From Octopus vulgaris (Eukaryota), in NCBI GenBank assembly GCA_951406725.2, contig OX597815.1, positions 51,150,001 through 51,214,000 of the forward strand: a DNA stretch of 64,000 bases, given 5' to 3'. The position numbers were made by a program, and so were the translations under genes. Positions 24,570-37,144 of the stretch are shown one piece after another (the stretch's first letter is position 1; each line of letters opens with the position of its first letter). Under the pieces are notes generated by a model. That model was given only the letters and a program-made list of their open reading frames with translations, ran no database searches and was not told where the DNA came from.

Positions 24570-25430
24570 TGTTAGATTTGTGTTAGATCTATCAAAATTA
24601 CATGAAAAACTACCGATAGCAGAATTTTGTAAAACTAAACAACATTTCTTTGGCACTGAAACTAATCCAGGAGAGGACAAAGAGGAAGATTATAAATCTC
24701 TCCTCCCAAAAGAACAGATGCAGATTAAATCATCCTTATATCAAGTAGTACAACAGGTTCTTTTGTACAAATCAGTTCTCAAAATTGAGATAGGCAAAAG
24801 TTATGTTACTATCTACTATACCTTCAAAACCGAAGACTCAGCCAAAACAATTGTATTCCAGTACATAGATCGAAAGAACTCAAGAGTGGCAATAAGAGAC
24901 ATTGCAAATGATATAGATACAATGCACTCAATGATGTAGGTGCAATGTACTCATAGTTGAGTTCCTGAGTATCATTCTATAGCTTCATCAAAGCTTCAAA
25001 AAACAAAACAAAACAAAGAAATATATATATTTGAAATATATTTCATATGAACAACATACATTTGTTTGAATAAAAGTTACCTCAGAGTTGATTGCCCAGA
25101 AGAACTGGAAAGATTAAGGGTGAGAAATGAAATGAAAATAATGAAGATCAGCAGTAACAACACAGCAGACAACAAACTCTGGTTTCCAGAACACTACCAG
25201 CCAATACTCTGAGAATGGCAAGTGAAATACCTTTATACCCACTATCAAAAATAGATGATCAAACTCTTAGTCCGCTAACAATGTCAACTTGTTGTTTCAC
25301 ATTACATGATAAAGAAGAAATAATTACAGATGAAAATTTGCAAATGGCCAGTGAAAATGATAAAGGGGTTAAAAAAAAGAGAAAAATTGTTGAAAATGGG
25401 ATACTCAGTGTAAAACAACAAAATCAATGA
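24570..25430 (+). pseudogene. Decayed coding-like segment, possibly a retroelement ORF1/gag-like protein
   Basis: Non-repetitive 146-codon ORF (24499-24939), followed by a broken frame reading TYICLNKSYLRVDCP (CX2CX4HX4C spacing with the first C and the H lost) and a low-complexity charged tail. Confidence 0.35.
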
Positions 25431-25653
25431 AAACCCTCCTATGAACAAAAACAGGTTCAGAATATAAACAACATGCAAAAGATAGGTTAATGGTAAAATT
25501 AAAACTTAGATTACATTGAACTTAAAAGAAATCTCAAGGAAGCTTTACTTTAACACAACTGCAGTATGAATGAACCACAGTATTTGAATTTGTATAAGAG
25601 TTGCTACTGCTATTATTGTTAGTATCATTATTTTCAAAACTACTTATTTGAGC

Positions 25654-25785
25654 ATTATTTACATTATTTACATTCAACGGATATTTGTCCTCATCTTGTT
25701 TGTTGTTAACACAATGTTTCGAGGACAAATACCCATCGAATGTAAATAATGTACATAATTCCTCATCTCTTAAATATAGAACTGT
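25654..25785. mobile_element. Inverted (fold-back) fragment of a repeat terminus, possibly Penelope-like
   Basis: 25654-25692 versus 25721-25759 match 35/39 as an inverted repeat. The loop ends acacaatgtttcg, which on the minus strand is CGAAACATTGTGT, resembling the 3' half of a minimal hammerhead. Confidence 0.55.
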
Positions 25786-26205
25786 ATTACTTATTTGAGA
25801 TTTAGGACATTTTTGCTTATAATTATTTAATATATTCCTCTCCTTGTACATTCAACTGTGTGTTAAGATTTTGTGTTTACTTTTTATCAACCACTGGAGG
25901 GATAAGGTCTGTGATGTTGTCATTGTTTAAGCCCTAGCTTTGGTTCAACAGATCCATGATCAAAACATTTTAACTATGACCATCCTGTCTTTTTGTAGAT
26001 TCTAGACTATATCATTTAATATGTTCTTCCATTTTTTAAAGTAGTGGAGTGAGACTGAAAGGAGATTTGGTTGCTATTTCTAGAAGTTAAAGCAGAGACG
26101 TTAGAGTTTCACTTAAATTGCCTTGTGGTATTTATTCCAACTCTTTGCATACATGGTTCACATTCTATGGAGGCCATCTTAGCTTTTTATTATTTCAGGG
26201 TTGAT

Positions 26206-26411
26206 AAGGCAGCAAGCTGGCACACCAGGTGAAATGCTCTGCAGTATTTCATCCGTCTTCACATTCTGAGTTCAAATTCCACCGGAGTTAGCTTTACCTT
26301 TTGTCATTTCAGGATCAATAAAGTAAGTACCAGCTGAGCACTGAAGTCAATGTAATCAATTAGTCCCCCCACAAAAATATTCAGGCCTTATGCCTTTAGT
26401 AGAAAGGATTA
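26206..26411 (+). mobile_element. SINE family B copy
   Basis: Matches family B; flanked by the near-direct repeat ttatttcagggttgat (~26190 and ~26409), a likely TSD. Confidence 0.8.
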
Positions 26412-27231
26412 TTTCAGGGTTGATGAAAAGGTATCCATTCTGAGTGGTTTGTTAACAGATCCATTGGAAAGTCAGATCAGATGCCTTATTGTATTTGTTC
26501 ATGTTCTTTAAGTTCTGAGTTCAAATCCTGTCATAGCCACCACCTAGTTTTGCAGTGTCTTTAGAGGAATCCACTCTATTGCAAGCGTTCACTTCAAGTC
26601 ACTTCCTTCTCCACAAAAGATATACTCAAAACAAATGTCTTACAAAGAATCATGGACACTGCCTTCCCTCCTGAATGAAAATTATATTAGCTTGTTTCCA
26701 ACACAGTTAATTTAGAATGTAGAATGACACTAAATACTTTTATGACTGTATTTCTAAATAAATATGCATCAATCAATTTCAAAAAATCACTAAATATTTA
26801 AAAAGTATGAACAAAACTGTTTCATTATTAAGCTCTTGTTTGAAACATAACTTAACAAAAGATTCTTCTTTAGAATTATGATGGAAGGTTTTAATTTACA
26901 TATGAACATTTTAAAATGATAGGGTTTTTGTATCAAGGAATGAGAGGTAGTCTCAAAAAGATTGGTACTGAAAAAGGAAATCTACTACAATACTATTTCT
27001 ACTAAGAAGCTAACCTTCAGTTATGTTGTGTAAATAGAAGGTCAATCTTTGTTGGGAGAAGAACCTATCAATCAGTGAAGCTGTCACAGTATTTTACAGG
27101 TACTTATTTATCAACCTTAGATAAGAAAAAAGACAAAGACAGTGGGATTTGAATTCAAAGCATACACAGTCATACTGTAAGTTATTTAATAGGACTGTTA
27201 TTTCAGTCAACTTACCAATGTCAGCTACTTT

Positions 27232-27262
27232 TAATAATAATAATAACAACAACAACAACAAC

Positions 27263-27311
<49 letters not shown>

Positions 27312-27328
27312 GTAGTAGTAGTAGTAAT
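27232..27328. repeat. (AAT)/(AAC)/(AGT) trinucleotide repeat
   Basis: Direct reading. Confidence 0.92.
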
Positions 27329-27749
27329 GTAATGGTTTAGGTAAATAAGGTGTTGATTTCAAAGCTTTTGGAAAATAGCTTCCTGTTCTGAGTTCCTTAT
27401 TTCATTGTAATGTTATGTTAATGACGTTAACAGCCTCATGAAATATCTGAATTTGTACATCTAGTCACACTCTGCCTGGATTTGAAAAATGTGTGCGTGT
27501 GTGCATGTGTGTGTATGCATGTGTGTGTGTATGAGAGAGAGAGAGGGAGGGAGAGGGAGAATTAGATTAAGTGTAGATTTAAGATTTAAAATGTACTATC
27601 AACTATATGCATTCATGCATACACTCATAGATCCAAAGTCATCATCATTTATTACTTGGTGACCTCAAAAGCAAGTTCATTGTTAATTTCCTGTGACATA
27701 TTGATCAAAGGGTTTTGATTGATTCTGTTTCATTTGTGTACAATACTTA

Positions 27750-28090
27750 GCAGGTGAAACCTGTAGACACAAGGACTGATTTAGATGATTACAGTTTATG
27801 TCTGCGTCCTACTCAAAAATCACAGAAACCCTGTCTAAAAGTTGATCAGTTCCTAAACACAACAGAAAAATAATCTTACAGAATGGTACTAAAACAATAT
27901 TCCTAAAAACAAATAACATATTTCTTAGTTGCTTTAGACCAATACAAAACATAAATACATATAAAGATAGATGCAGCAGCAATTTCCAAACTACATCTAA
28001 ATTCTATACTAGCTTACCAACCACATCCTGGAAATGTTTGTACATTAATTTTTCTTTCTGCTATAGACACAAGACCTGAAATTTTTGAGT
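27750..28090 (+). repeat. Local duplicated segment, copy 1 (copy 2 at 36389-36915)
   Basis: Collinear similarity gcaggtgaaacct..., cagaaaccct.tctaaaagtt, agaccaatacaaaacataaataca, tatactagcttacca; both copies run into a family B SINE at the same position. Confidence 0.8.
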
Positions 28091-28199
28091 AAGGGGCTAA
28101 CTGATTACATTGATCCTAGCATCCAAGTGGCTCTTATTCTACTGATCTCAAAAGAGGAAAGGCAAAATCACTCTTGTCAGAATTTGAACTCAGAATGTA

Positions 28200-28965
28200 A
28201 AATCTATGCCTACTTAAATGTGGATACTCAATTAGAACAAACTGCACTGTGGTAGATACCATGAGAGAAACTCTCATATTAGCTTTTGGTACAAAATGCA
28301 GTCTTGTTTATGTGGCTAGCTGGGAGCTAGATCCCTGCCATCTCCAGTGCCAAGACCACCATCATGTGATTTCGACCTTCCTCAGCCTTGTCAATGATGG
28401 ACACTCAGTCTGTAGAGACAGCAGTGACTCATCTCCCCATCAGTGATATATAGGAAAAACAGTGCCAGAACAGTTCATGGTGTCACAATTAGCCAGTGAG
28501 TTTGTTAAAAAATATATATTAGCAACAGAGGCAGTATTAATACCAAGACGAAATATTTATCCCCACTTAAGTGTGAATGTTCTGTTAGAACGAACTATAC
28601 TGTGGTAGATACCATGAGAGAAACTATCATATTGGGTTCTGGTGCAAAATGCACTCTTGTTTACATTGCTGGTGGGGATATAAATCCCTGCCATTTCCAG
28701 TACTGAGACCAGCAGATCATGGGATTTCAACCTTCCTCAGTCTTGTCAGTGATGGATGCTCAACTGCTAGAGAAGCAATAACTCATCTCTCCACCAGCAA
28801 TATAAAGTAAAACAGTGCCAGAACAGGCACTGGTGTCACAATTAGCTAGTGAGCTTGTTAAAAAATATGTTAGTGACAGAAACAGTATTAATAAGAGGTA
28901 ATATTTATGCCCACTTAAACGAGAATGTTCAGTTAGAACAAATTATACTGCATTAGATACTATGT
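28200..28965. repeat. Tandem repeat of a ~350-bp monomer (about 2.2 units) inserted in a family B SINE
   Basis: ttagaac.aa.t..actg...tagatac.atg recurs at ~28232, 28585 and 28933; the host SINE stops at ~28200 and resumes at ~28967. Confidence 0.88.
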
Positions 28966-30057
28966 ATCAGAATATAAAACCAGAAGAAATGCCATGAAGC
29001 ATTTTGTCCAGCATGCTAACAATTCTACCAGCTCAGTTCATTGACACAAACACAACCAGATCAGCTGATATGAGTAGCAAAAATACATGCCTCCCAAATG
29101 CAACATCAAGTTCCACACACCCAACTGGGATTTGGGAGTGTGTAATGGGCTAGTAAGATAAGACTGAAGCATGAGTTTTCTGTGACTGTTATCTTTTTAT
29201 TTCTGTAATCATTGATTCAGTTGGACAAATATATTGGGTCACATTTAGGCTGTAAAGAGTGGAGGTATGTGATTCTTGTGTCATACAGAATATATATATA
29301 TAACATTTAACTTTTCTCCTCTATCCTGTGCCCCCCTCTCTCTCTCTCTCAGGCCTGCTCCTTTTCACTAAATTTCACTCTTTCACTTTCTGTATCCTTT
29401 GCCCCACACCACCACACACACATTTTAGTTATTTTCCATCTCTCCACCCATCCATTTCTTACCCACTCTCTGTATTACATTTCTGCTCCCCTTCCTCTCC
29501 CTCTTTTACCACTTCTTTCTTTATTTTACCTCCCATATTCCTCTTCTTCACTTTCTCCCACCTACTTCTTTTCCCCCTTCTGCATCTTTATTTTACTTTT
29601 ACTCAGCCGCTCAGTTGTTTTACCCTTTCTTCCTTCCCTTCCTTCTCTATTCCATCATCCCTTCTCCCTCTCTCTTTTCTCTCTCTCTCTCTCTCTTTCT
29701 CATTTTTTACCCTTAATTTCACCCTCTCTTTTTCTCCTTTCATCTTTTTCTTTCATTCTTTCCTTAATCTTATCTTTCTCTCTTCTATCACCCTAAAAGT
29801 CAGGACATCCCCAGGTTTTAGTTCCTTTATTTCTGCCTATTGAAGGAACTGAAATCTAAAACCAAAGGTAGTTTGTTTACATTTTTCTATCAGAAAAATG
29901 CTTTAATTATTAGTTCTACTCAAATATTTCATTATATACAAACTTCTTGGGTCTCACAACTGGAAGGGTCACAGTTATTACCGAGTTGACTGACATTCAG
30001 CTTTGGTGCTATCAGAAGATTAAATGTTTGTTCATAAATGATTGCAGGCATAGCTAA

Positions 30058-30662
30058 CCCTTTTGATATCAACCCACCTCAGATCACCCCTTGCTTTGTG
30101 TTACAAACATCTCATTTTCAAGAGTCCCAAATTAAAATCTTCCATCAGGACTTAATGTTAACTTATGTTCTAAAAACCAATTAATAATGATAAAGTGATT
30201 TTACTAAGCTCAGGTGTAGCTATGTGATAAGAGCTTGCTACTCAACCACATGGTTCCAGGTTCAGTCTGACTGTGTGACACCTTGGGAAAGTGTCTTCTA
30301 CTATAGCCTTGGGCCAACCAAAGCCGTATGAATGGATTTGGTAGACAGAAACTGAAAGAAGCCTGTCATGTGTGTGTGTGTGTGTGTGCCTTTGCATCAG
30401 TGTTTGTCCCCTCAATTGCACTTGACAACCGGTGTTGGTGTGTTTACATTCCTATAACTTAGCACTTCAGGAAAAGAGACCAGTAGAAAAAGTACTAGGC
30501 TTTAAAAACATTTGTTTGACTAAAACCCTTCTAGGTGGTGATCCAGCATGACCGCAGTCAAATGACTGAAACAAGAAAAAGAATAGGAAAACAAAAGAAT
30601 TATTTTCAAAATTAATTGAAGTAAAAACAGAGTATCTCAATAGAAATATGGTAGCAAAATGG
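30058..30662. mobile_element. piggyBac-type MITE family 1 copy split by a SINE
   Basis: Aligns with 7677-7898: CCCTTTTGATA start, ggtagcaaaatgg|TTAA end, interrupted at ~30208-30600. Confidence 0.8.
30208..30590 (+). mobile_element. SINE family C, full length
   Basis: tRNA-like head with ggttcagtc, CORE-like gtgacaccttgggaaagtgtctt, internal (TG)n, tail gcagtcaaatgactgaaacaag. Confidence 0.88.
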
Positions 30663-31019
30663 TTAAGAAGTTTACTTTGGAACCATGTGATCTGGGTTCA
30701 ATCCTAGTCAGCAGCACTCTAAGCAAATGTATTATGTGAGCTAGCCAAATATAGATATAGTGAGCCAACCAATACCTTGAGAATAAAATTTTGATAGGTG
30801 GAATCTGTGAAAAAAACTCAAGAGAAAATGAAACCAAGAAAACCTTGACTCACTAATGATTTTAGGAATGTTACTGTTCTCAGTAAAACATAAAGAACTT
30901 ATATAAATAAATCTAAAAAACAGTTGTTAAAAAATTGTCACCTATTAAAATCTTCCACCAGGACTTAATGTTAACTTATTTTCTAAAAACCAATTAATAA
31001 TGACAACTGTTGTTCCATT

Positions 31020-31430
31020 CAGGAGTGGCTTTGTGGTACGTAGCTTGCTAACCAGCCACATGGTTCCGGGTTCAGTCCCACTGCGTGGCATCTTGGGCAA
31101 GTGCCTTCTGCTATAGCCCCGGGCCGACCAATGCCTTGTGAGTGGATTTAGTAGACGGAAACTGAAAGAAGCCTGTCATATATGTGTATGTATATATATA
31201 TATGTATGTATGTGTGTGTGTTTGTGTGTCTGTGTTTGTCTCGCTAGCATTGCTTGACAACCGATGCTGGTGTGTTTACGTCCCTGTCACTTAGCGGTTC
31301 GACAAAAGAGACCAATAGAATAAGTACTGGGCTTACAAAGAATAAGTCCTGGGGTCGATTTGCTCGACTAAAGATGGTGCTCCAGCATGACCGCAGTCAA
31401 ATGACTGAAACAAGTAAAAGAGTAAAGAGT
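31020..31430 (+). mobile_element. SINE family C, full length, CpG-rich (young) copy
   Basis: caggagtggctttgtggtacgtagcttgc...ggttccgggttcagtccc...gtggcatcttgggcaagtg...(TA/TG)n...atgactgaaacaagtaaaagagtaaagag. Confidence 0.9.
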
Positions 31431-31451
31431 ATTCAATTTAACAACATTTAT

Positions 31452-31840
31452 CCCTTTAGCATTTGACTAATCTGTCAAATGTAATGCTTATTTATTAGCA
31501 TTGGTTTGAATTAATCATGCATTATCTCATAGCTTTGAAATTTCGATGATGTGATTGTTTATTTTTTAGACTGACACAGTATGGCAGGTGTAAGAGACCA
31601 GACCTAGCAGGTTTAAACATAAAAAAGAATACTTGAGCCGTATATCATAATCATCATCATCATTTAATGTCTGCCTTCTATGCTGGCATGGGTTGGATAG
31701 TTTGACAGGAGCTAGTTAAGCAGAAGACTGCACCAGGCTTCAGTGTCTGTTTTGGCAAGTCTTTATGGCTGGATGCCCTTCCTGACACCAACCACCCAGC
31801 AGAATGGTTTAAATGCAAAAGACAGTTTAATGCAAAAGGG
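31452..31840. mobile_element. piggyBac-type MITE family 2 interrupted by an RTE-tail fragment
   Basis: CCCTTTAGCATT ... aatgcaaaaGGG|TTAA; the body matches 36067 and 44269; insert at ~31647-31805. Confidence 0.8.
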
Positions 31841-33034
31841 TTAAAAGAAATAAATATGTGTTGTGTGTGTGTGTGTGTGTGTGTGAAGTATTTGCATGTT
31901 TGTATATGTGTGTAAGGTGTTTGCACTTCATTTCTCATTCCAGTCCACTTAGTTGTAAATGGATAACCATGCAACTGACTGTTGTTCCATTCAGGAGAAA
32001 TGTTGGCTTGCCCACCTAGCAATCATTTCAGAGCTACAATGCAAAGAAATGCATTGTGACCAGTGGTGTATAACAACATCCAATAGTCAGGTTAATATAC
32101 ACACTTGATTAAAATATTTGGGTACACAACATTTATAATGTGTATATTTATATGGAACAGTAATAGCTGCAACATTTTGTCACATCAAACAAAACTAGCT
32201 TGGAGTAGTAAATTCCACCTCAAATGCCTTCTCTATTGACTCCACCTCTCATCTTCTTCCTAGATCAATAAAATAAGTATCACACAAACTACTTTGACCA
32301 ATATAATCGATTAAAAAATTTTGAAGAAGGTGCTCTAACATGGCCATAGTCCAGTTACCAAATGCTGTCAGACAAGAAAAGAATAAATGAAAGCAAGATA
32401 TCAATTGATAACTGTAATAAATAATCTAGTGATGTAAATTTGGCAATAAGTGTTTGAGAAGACATTTGTATCACATTTTCTTTTGCCTCCTCCACTCAGG
32501 CTCTCCAGATCAACCCACTCACCTGCTCTCATGACCTTTGTGTCCAATTCCCTAATCTCTGCACTAATTGTCATGCTTAATCTTTTCTCCTTAGGACATT
32601 AGTCCTCTAGAATATCCTTTCTGCTAATGTTTTGCTAGCAGATTTTGACTTGTGACAGTGTCTTAAACATGACATTAATGGCATTAATCTCATCATTCTC
32701 AGGGGCCTACAATGACCATGGCCACTCCCTCTTCATCGAGACCCAGTAAACAACAAAGCAAATCAGAGTATATGAATTAACTCTATACAGTATGTCAGAC
32801 TTTAATTGTCAAATATGTATATTGTTGTTTAACTTGATCCTTACTGATCCAACTGAACTATGATAAAGAAATTCAGACATGAGCATGACACCCATTTCAT
32901 AGATACACTATATCTGGTACTGTATTATTTAATCTGCCTTTCCTGTATGTTCTTTCCAGTTATATATCTCCCAAATTATTTTCAAACACAGCTAAGTGTA
33001 TATTCTTTTACATAATTCGTATACTTTATGATCA

Positions 33035-34390
33035 TGATCATCATTTAATATCCATCTTCCAAGCTGGAATTGGTTATACAGTTTGGCAGGAGCCTGCAAG
33101 CCAGAGACCTGTGCCAGGCTCAAGTTTCTACATCTGGATGCGCTTCTTAAATCTAATTACTTTACAGAGTGTGTTAGGGACTTTTTATGTGACACCAGCA
33201 CCAGCGAGGAATCACCTGGTAACTTGCATGACAAAGACCCTTCAGCTGGGAGAGGGAATGGAACTATGGGTGGTAGCTTTGTGCCAGTTGAGAGGTTAAA
33301 GTGTAATAGTGGGATAGAGATAGGTGTGAAATACATGTCTTACTTTAATAGAGTTACTTGGCTATCCCATCAGGAAAAGAAAGGAGAGGAAGGAGAGACA
33401 GAATTAGAGAGAAAAATGGAGAGACAAACAGAGTGAAGGAGACAGAAATAGATGGTGTTGGAAATGTATCAGGGACATACCCTCAAGGTACAGTAGGGGG
33501 AATAGAGGGAGATTTTTTATAAGAGTGTGAGAGGAGATGTTTAGCAATAGGGAAGAGATGACTGTAGCAGATGATGGTGAGAGAAAATGGAGTGGTTGGC
33601 AGAGCATGGTAGATATGTGAAGGCATAGAGAGTGAGTGGGTAGGCAAGAGAGGGAGAGTGGAGGGACCTGCTATGGGGTGGTGGGAGGAGAAGTTGGAAA
33701 GATGGACTGTGGGGACGTTTTGACAGAGAACAAATTGTGTGTGTGTGTGTGTGTGTGAGGGGACATGGCTATAAAGAACATGCCTGCATGTATGGCCTCG
33801 ATTTTACTTACCTTGACATGCCTTCTTATGCACAGCAAATTGCCATGTCTCAGTCCCTTGTCATCTCAACATCTGAAGATCATTTCTCACCATTTTGTCC
33901 CACTTCTTCCTTGGTCTACACAGGTTCCCTCCTCAATTAGAATCAGCACTTTCTTTATGTAGCTGTCCTCATCTATAGGCATCACATAAGATACCAGCCC
34001 AGTCTTCTCTCTACCAGCCAGTTCTTATTCTTGCAACTATGCTTTCAGAGCATCCTCCTCCACTGCTAACTTGGTCACCTAGGTAACAGAAGCTATCAAC
34101 TACTTCTAAGGATTCCCCCAGACATTTGAGGAAGTCTATTTTCTGTATGTAGTGTTTGCTGTACTTGCACATCTTCCACACACAAAGACTAATTTTTCTG
34201 CTAACCTTCCTGTGGTACCACTGTACCTCTTATGCATCCATAGCATACACTGGGCACACCATATAGAATTTCCATTTACACCTTTTCTACATATTGAGAA
34301 GGGACTGGTAATTTGCTTACTTTCCTATTTAGTAAGACTTGCTCTTTGCCAAATTAACTCTAAGACCCTTTGATTCCAGAGCTTGCCTCT
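33035..34390 (-). mobile_element. RTE-clade LINE, 5'-truncated and decayed (RT C-terminal region, purine-rich 3' UTR, tail)
   Basis: Minus strand QALESKGLRVNLAKSK, a Cys-rich insert, LEVVDSFCYLGDQVSSGGGCSESIVARIR and VMPIDEDSYIKK. The 3' UTR is shared with 41648-42850. Confidence 0.85.
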
Positions 34391-36066
34391 ATAATGCAAA
34401 ATAATCTTTGTAATAAAAGATTTTTAAAACTCCAATGTCTTTGAGTTATAAAGATAGAAATTTTACTTTGAGTAAACAGAAATGTGCCTTAATCAAATTA
34501 TGATACTTTTATTTCCTCTGTTCTAGTGTTGAGAAAGCTTTCTCCAAATAAAAAAACTGGACTCCAGTGATGACAACCAAGATGCTAAGTGGTAGTGTTA
34601 AACCAGGAACGGAGTATGTCTACAACTAGGAAAGGTCTTGGTAGAATTCTGAATGCAAAGGGCCAAAACAAATACCACAAGGCATCTCTTCTAACAATTG
34701 TAAGAGAGAGTAAAGAAGCCTGTTGTAGGCAGTGATCATTGGTGGTGGGAAGAGAGGGCCTTCTGCCAGTTCACTGCTCTAGATTGGTACTTTATTTTAT
34801 TAACCCTTCAAAGATGAAAGGATAAGTTGACTTCTGTGAGATTTGAACTTGGAATGCAAGAAACTGGAATAAATACTGTTATGAATTTCATCTGATGTTC
34901 TAACAACTCTGCTAGCTTGCTGCCTTGAAGACGATAATAAGGAATCATTGAATCTTATCCTTCTATACATAATGTCAGAATCATAATCTGCTGTCTGTAA
35001 AACAGATATAATACTTTAAAAATGTAGTCGTTGTTTTTTGGTATTACACCTAAAAGGAATTAATAAATTTTATCATTAAGTAGGCTAATGTGTGCTTATT
35101 ATAAACTTGTAATTAACACTAGTCATATTTCAGTAATTAAACATGTGTGAAGGAAACTAAAAACATTTATAATCAGGGTTCAAAACAACTTCAGAAACAA
35201 ATATGCTTACATGTCAAAAAAAGGAAAAAAATTTGCTCTTTTATTTTTGTTCTTTTTATTTTGTTTCTGTTTTTTGTCACATCTATACGTCAATCTTGAA
35301 TGTAAGTGTTGACAAAATTGAAATAAGTTGTATGAATGAAGAGAAAGCTCAAAATAATTACTTTCTAGACTCTATTGTAATGAAAAATTAAGATAAATTA
35401 ATTGATAAATAATTTATTGCAAGATCACCATGAAAACTCCAACCACATCTTTGTATATCCCTTGTTAATTTTTATTACTCTCTGAAAATATTCAACACAT
35501 CTAGTCATTAAGATGCATTGATAAGATAGCTAACTTGAAAACCTATATAATAAATGAATAGTTGGTTTTTGCTTTTTTAATTTTTTTACCAAAGTTTAAT
35601 CAAAGTATTTTCTAATTAATTTTTAAGAATAAAATTGATAAGTTGTTCAATGTGTTTTTCACCAGATCATAATTCACTGTTAAAGCAGAAATAACACGTA
35701 ACTTGCTTTTTACATTTTATATATATATGATTTCAAGAGGAGAGGAGGGGCAGGGCTCTTCGCTATTTCCTAGCCCTTCCTGTCTGATGAGACTGATGCA
35801 ATTGATGCCCATCCTGAATATTTGCTGATCAATGTCTGTAAAAAAAATAAATTTATGTAGACAAAGAATTATCCAAATGTTCAAAATAGAGTGAATAAAC
35901 TCTCTTTAAGACATCCAAAGATCAGCTAACAGAGAGCAGTGTGTTAGAACTGACACTCAAAAATTAGATGCAATAAATAGTATAACAATGAAAACATGCT
36001 TATTTAGTATTTTTTTTTACATATGCTCATAAGATCTACCTGTTCTTGAGTGGTAGGTAGTTTTAA

Positions 36067-36286
36067 CTATATAGCATTCAGATTATTCTGTCAAATGTAA
36101 TGCTTATTTATTCACATTGTTTTGAATTAATCATGCATTATCTTGTAATTTTGAGGTTTTAATGATGAGACTGCTTATTTTCAGAATGATATTGTATGGT
36201 AGGTGTGAGAGGTCAGATCTGATTGGTGTGAACATAAAACAGGTAGACTGCTGTGACCTGATCTGGCCAGTCTAAATGCTAAAGGG
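36067..36286. mobile_element. piggyBac-type MITE family 2 (220 bp)
   Basis: TTAA flanks; right TIR AATGCTAAAGGG; body shared with 31452, 44269 and 55366. Confidence 0.85.
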
Positions 36287-36388
36287 TTAATTAGATTTAA
36301 TCCATAATCCTGTTTAACCTCATCATCTGGACAAAGATGACATTGAAACAGAGCTTAACTCTATAAAGTAAAAGATATGTAGATTCTT

Positions 36389-36915
36389 GCAGGTGAAACC
36401 TATAAACACAAGAGCCAATTTAGATGAGTAAGATGCATCCCACTCAAAAGAGACAGAAACCCTATCTAAAAGTTTATCAATTCCTTGACACAACAAAAAT
36501 ATAATTTTACAGAATGATAATGAAACAATATTCCTAAAAAATAACCGTATTTTGCTGAACCAGACCAATACAAAACATAAATACACACAAAAATAGATTC
36601 AGTAGCAATTCCCGTACTATGCTTAAAATATATACTAGCTTACCAGTGTAAAAGCACTCGTGCAGCACTACGTAAAAGCACCTGAGCCCAGCACACTTTG
36701 TAAAGTGGCTGGCATTAGGAAGGGAATCCATCCATAGAAACCATGCCAAATCAGACTGGAGTCTGGTGCAGCTCCCCAGCCTGCCAGTTCTGGTCAAACC
36801 ATCAAACCCATGCTAGCATGGACAACAGTCATTAAATTATGATGATGAGGATGATCTTGTGAATGTACATACAATAATTTTTCTTTGTATTATTGGCACA
36901 AGGCCTGAAATTTTA
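36389..36915 (+). repeat. Local duplicated segment, copy 2, with an RTE-tail insertion at ~36646-36855
   Basis: See 27750-28090. Confidence 0.75.
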
Positions 36916-37144
36916 GAGGAGGAAGCTAGTCAATTACATTGACCATAGCGTTCAACTGGTACTTTATTCAATAATATGATGATGATGATGATGAATAACC
37001 TGGTTCATATTTCCCACAGCTAGATGAATAGTTGCACTAAAATTAAGTTTCTTGCTCAGATTCAACAAAATGTCAGCCAAAGATTTGAACTCAAGAATGG
37101 GTAGTCTTTATCCAGTTAATCATTTCTATATCTTTTTTATTAAC

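Noticed and set aside
28200-28965. CRISPR-like or coding interpretation of the tandem repeat
   Set aside because: The units are fully repeated with no unique spacers and no cas genes, the context is eukaryotic, and no reading frame is conserved between units.
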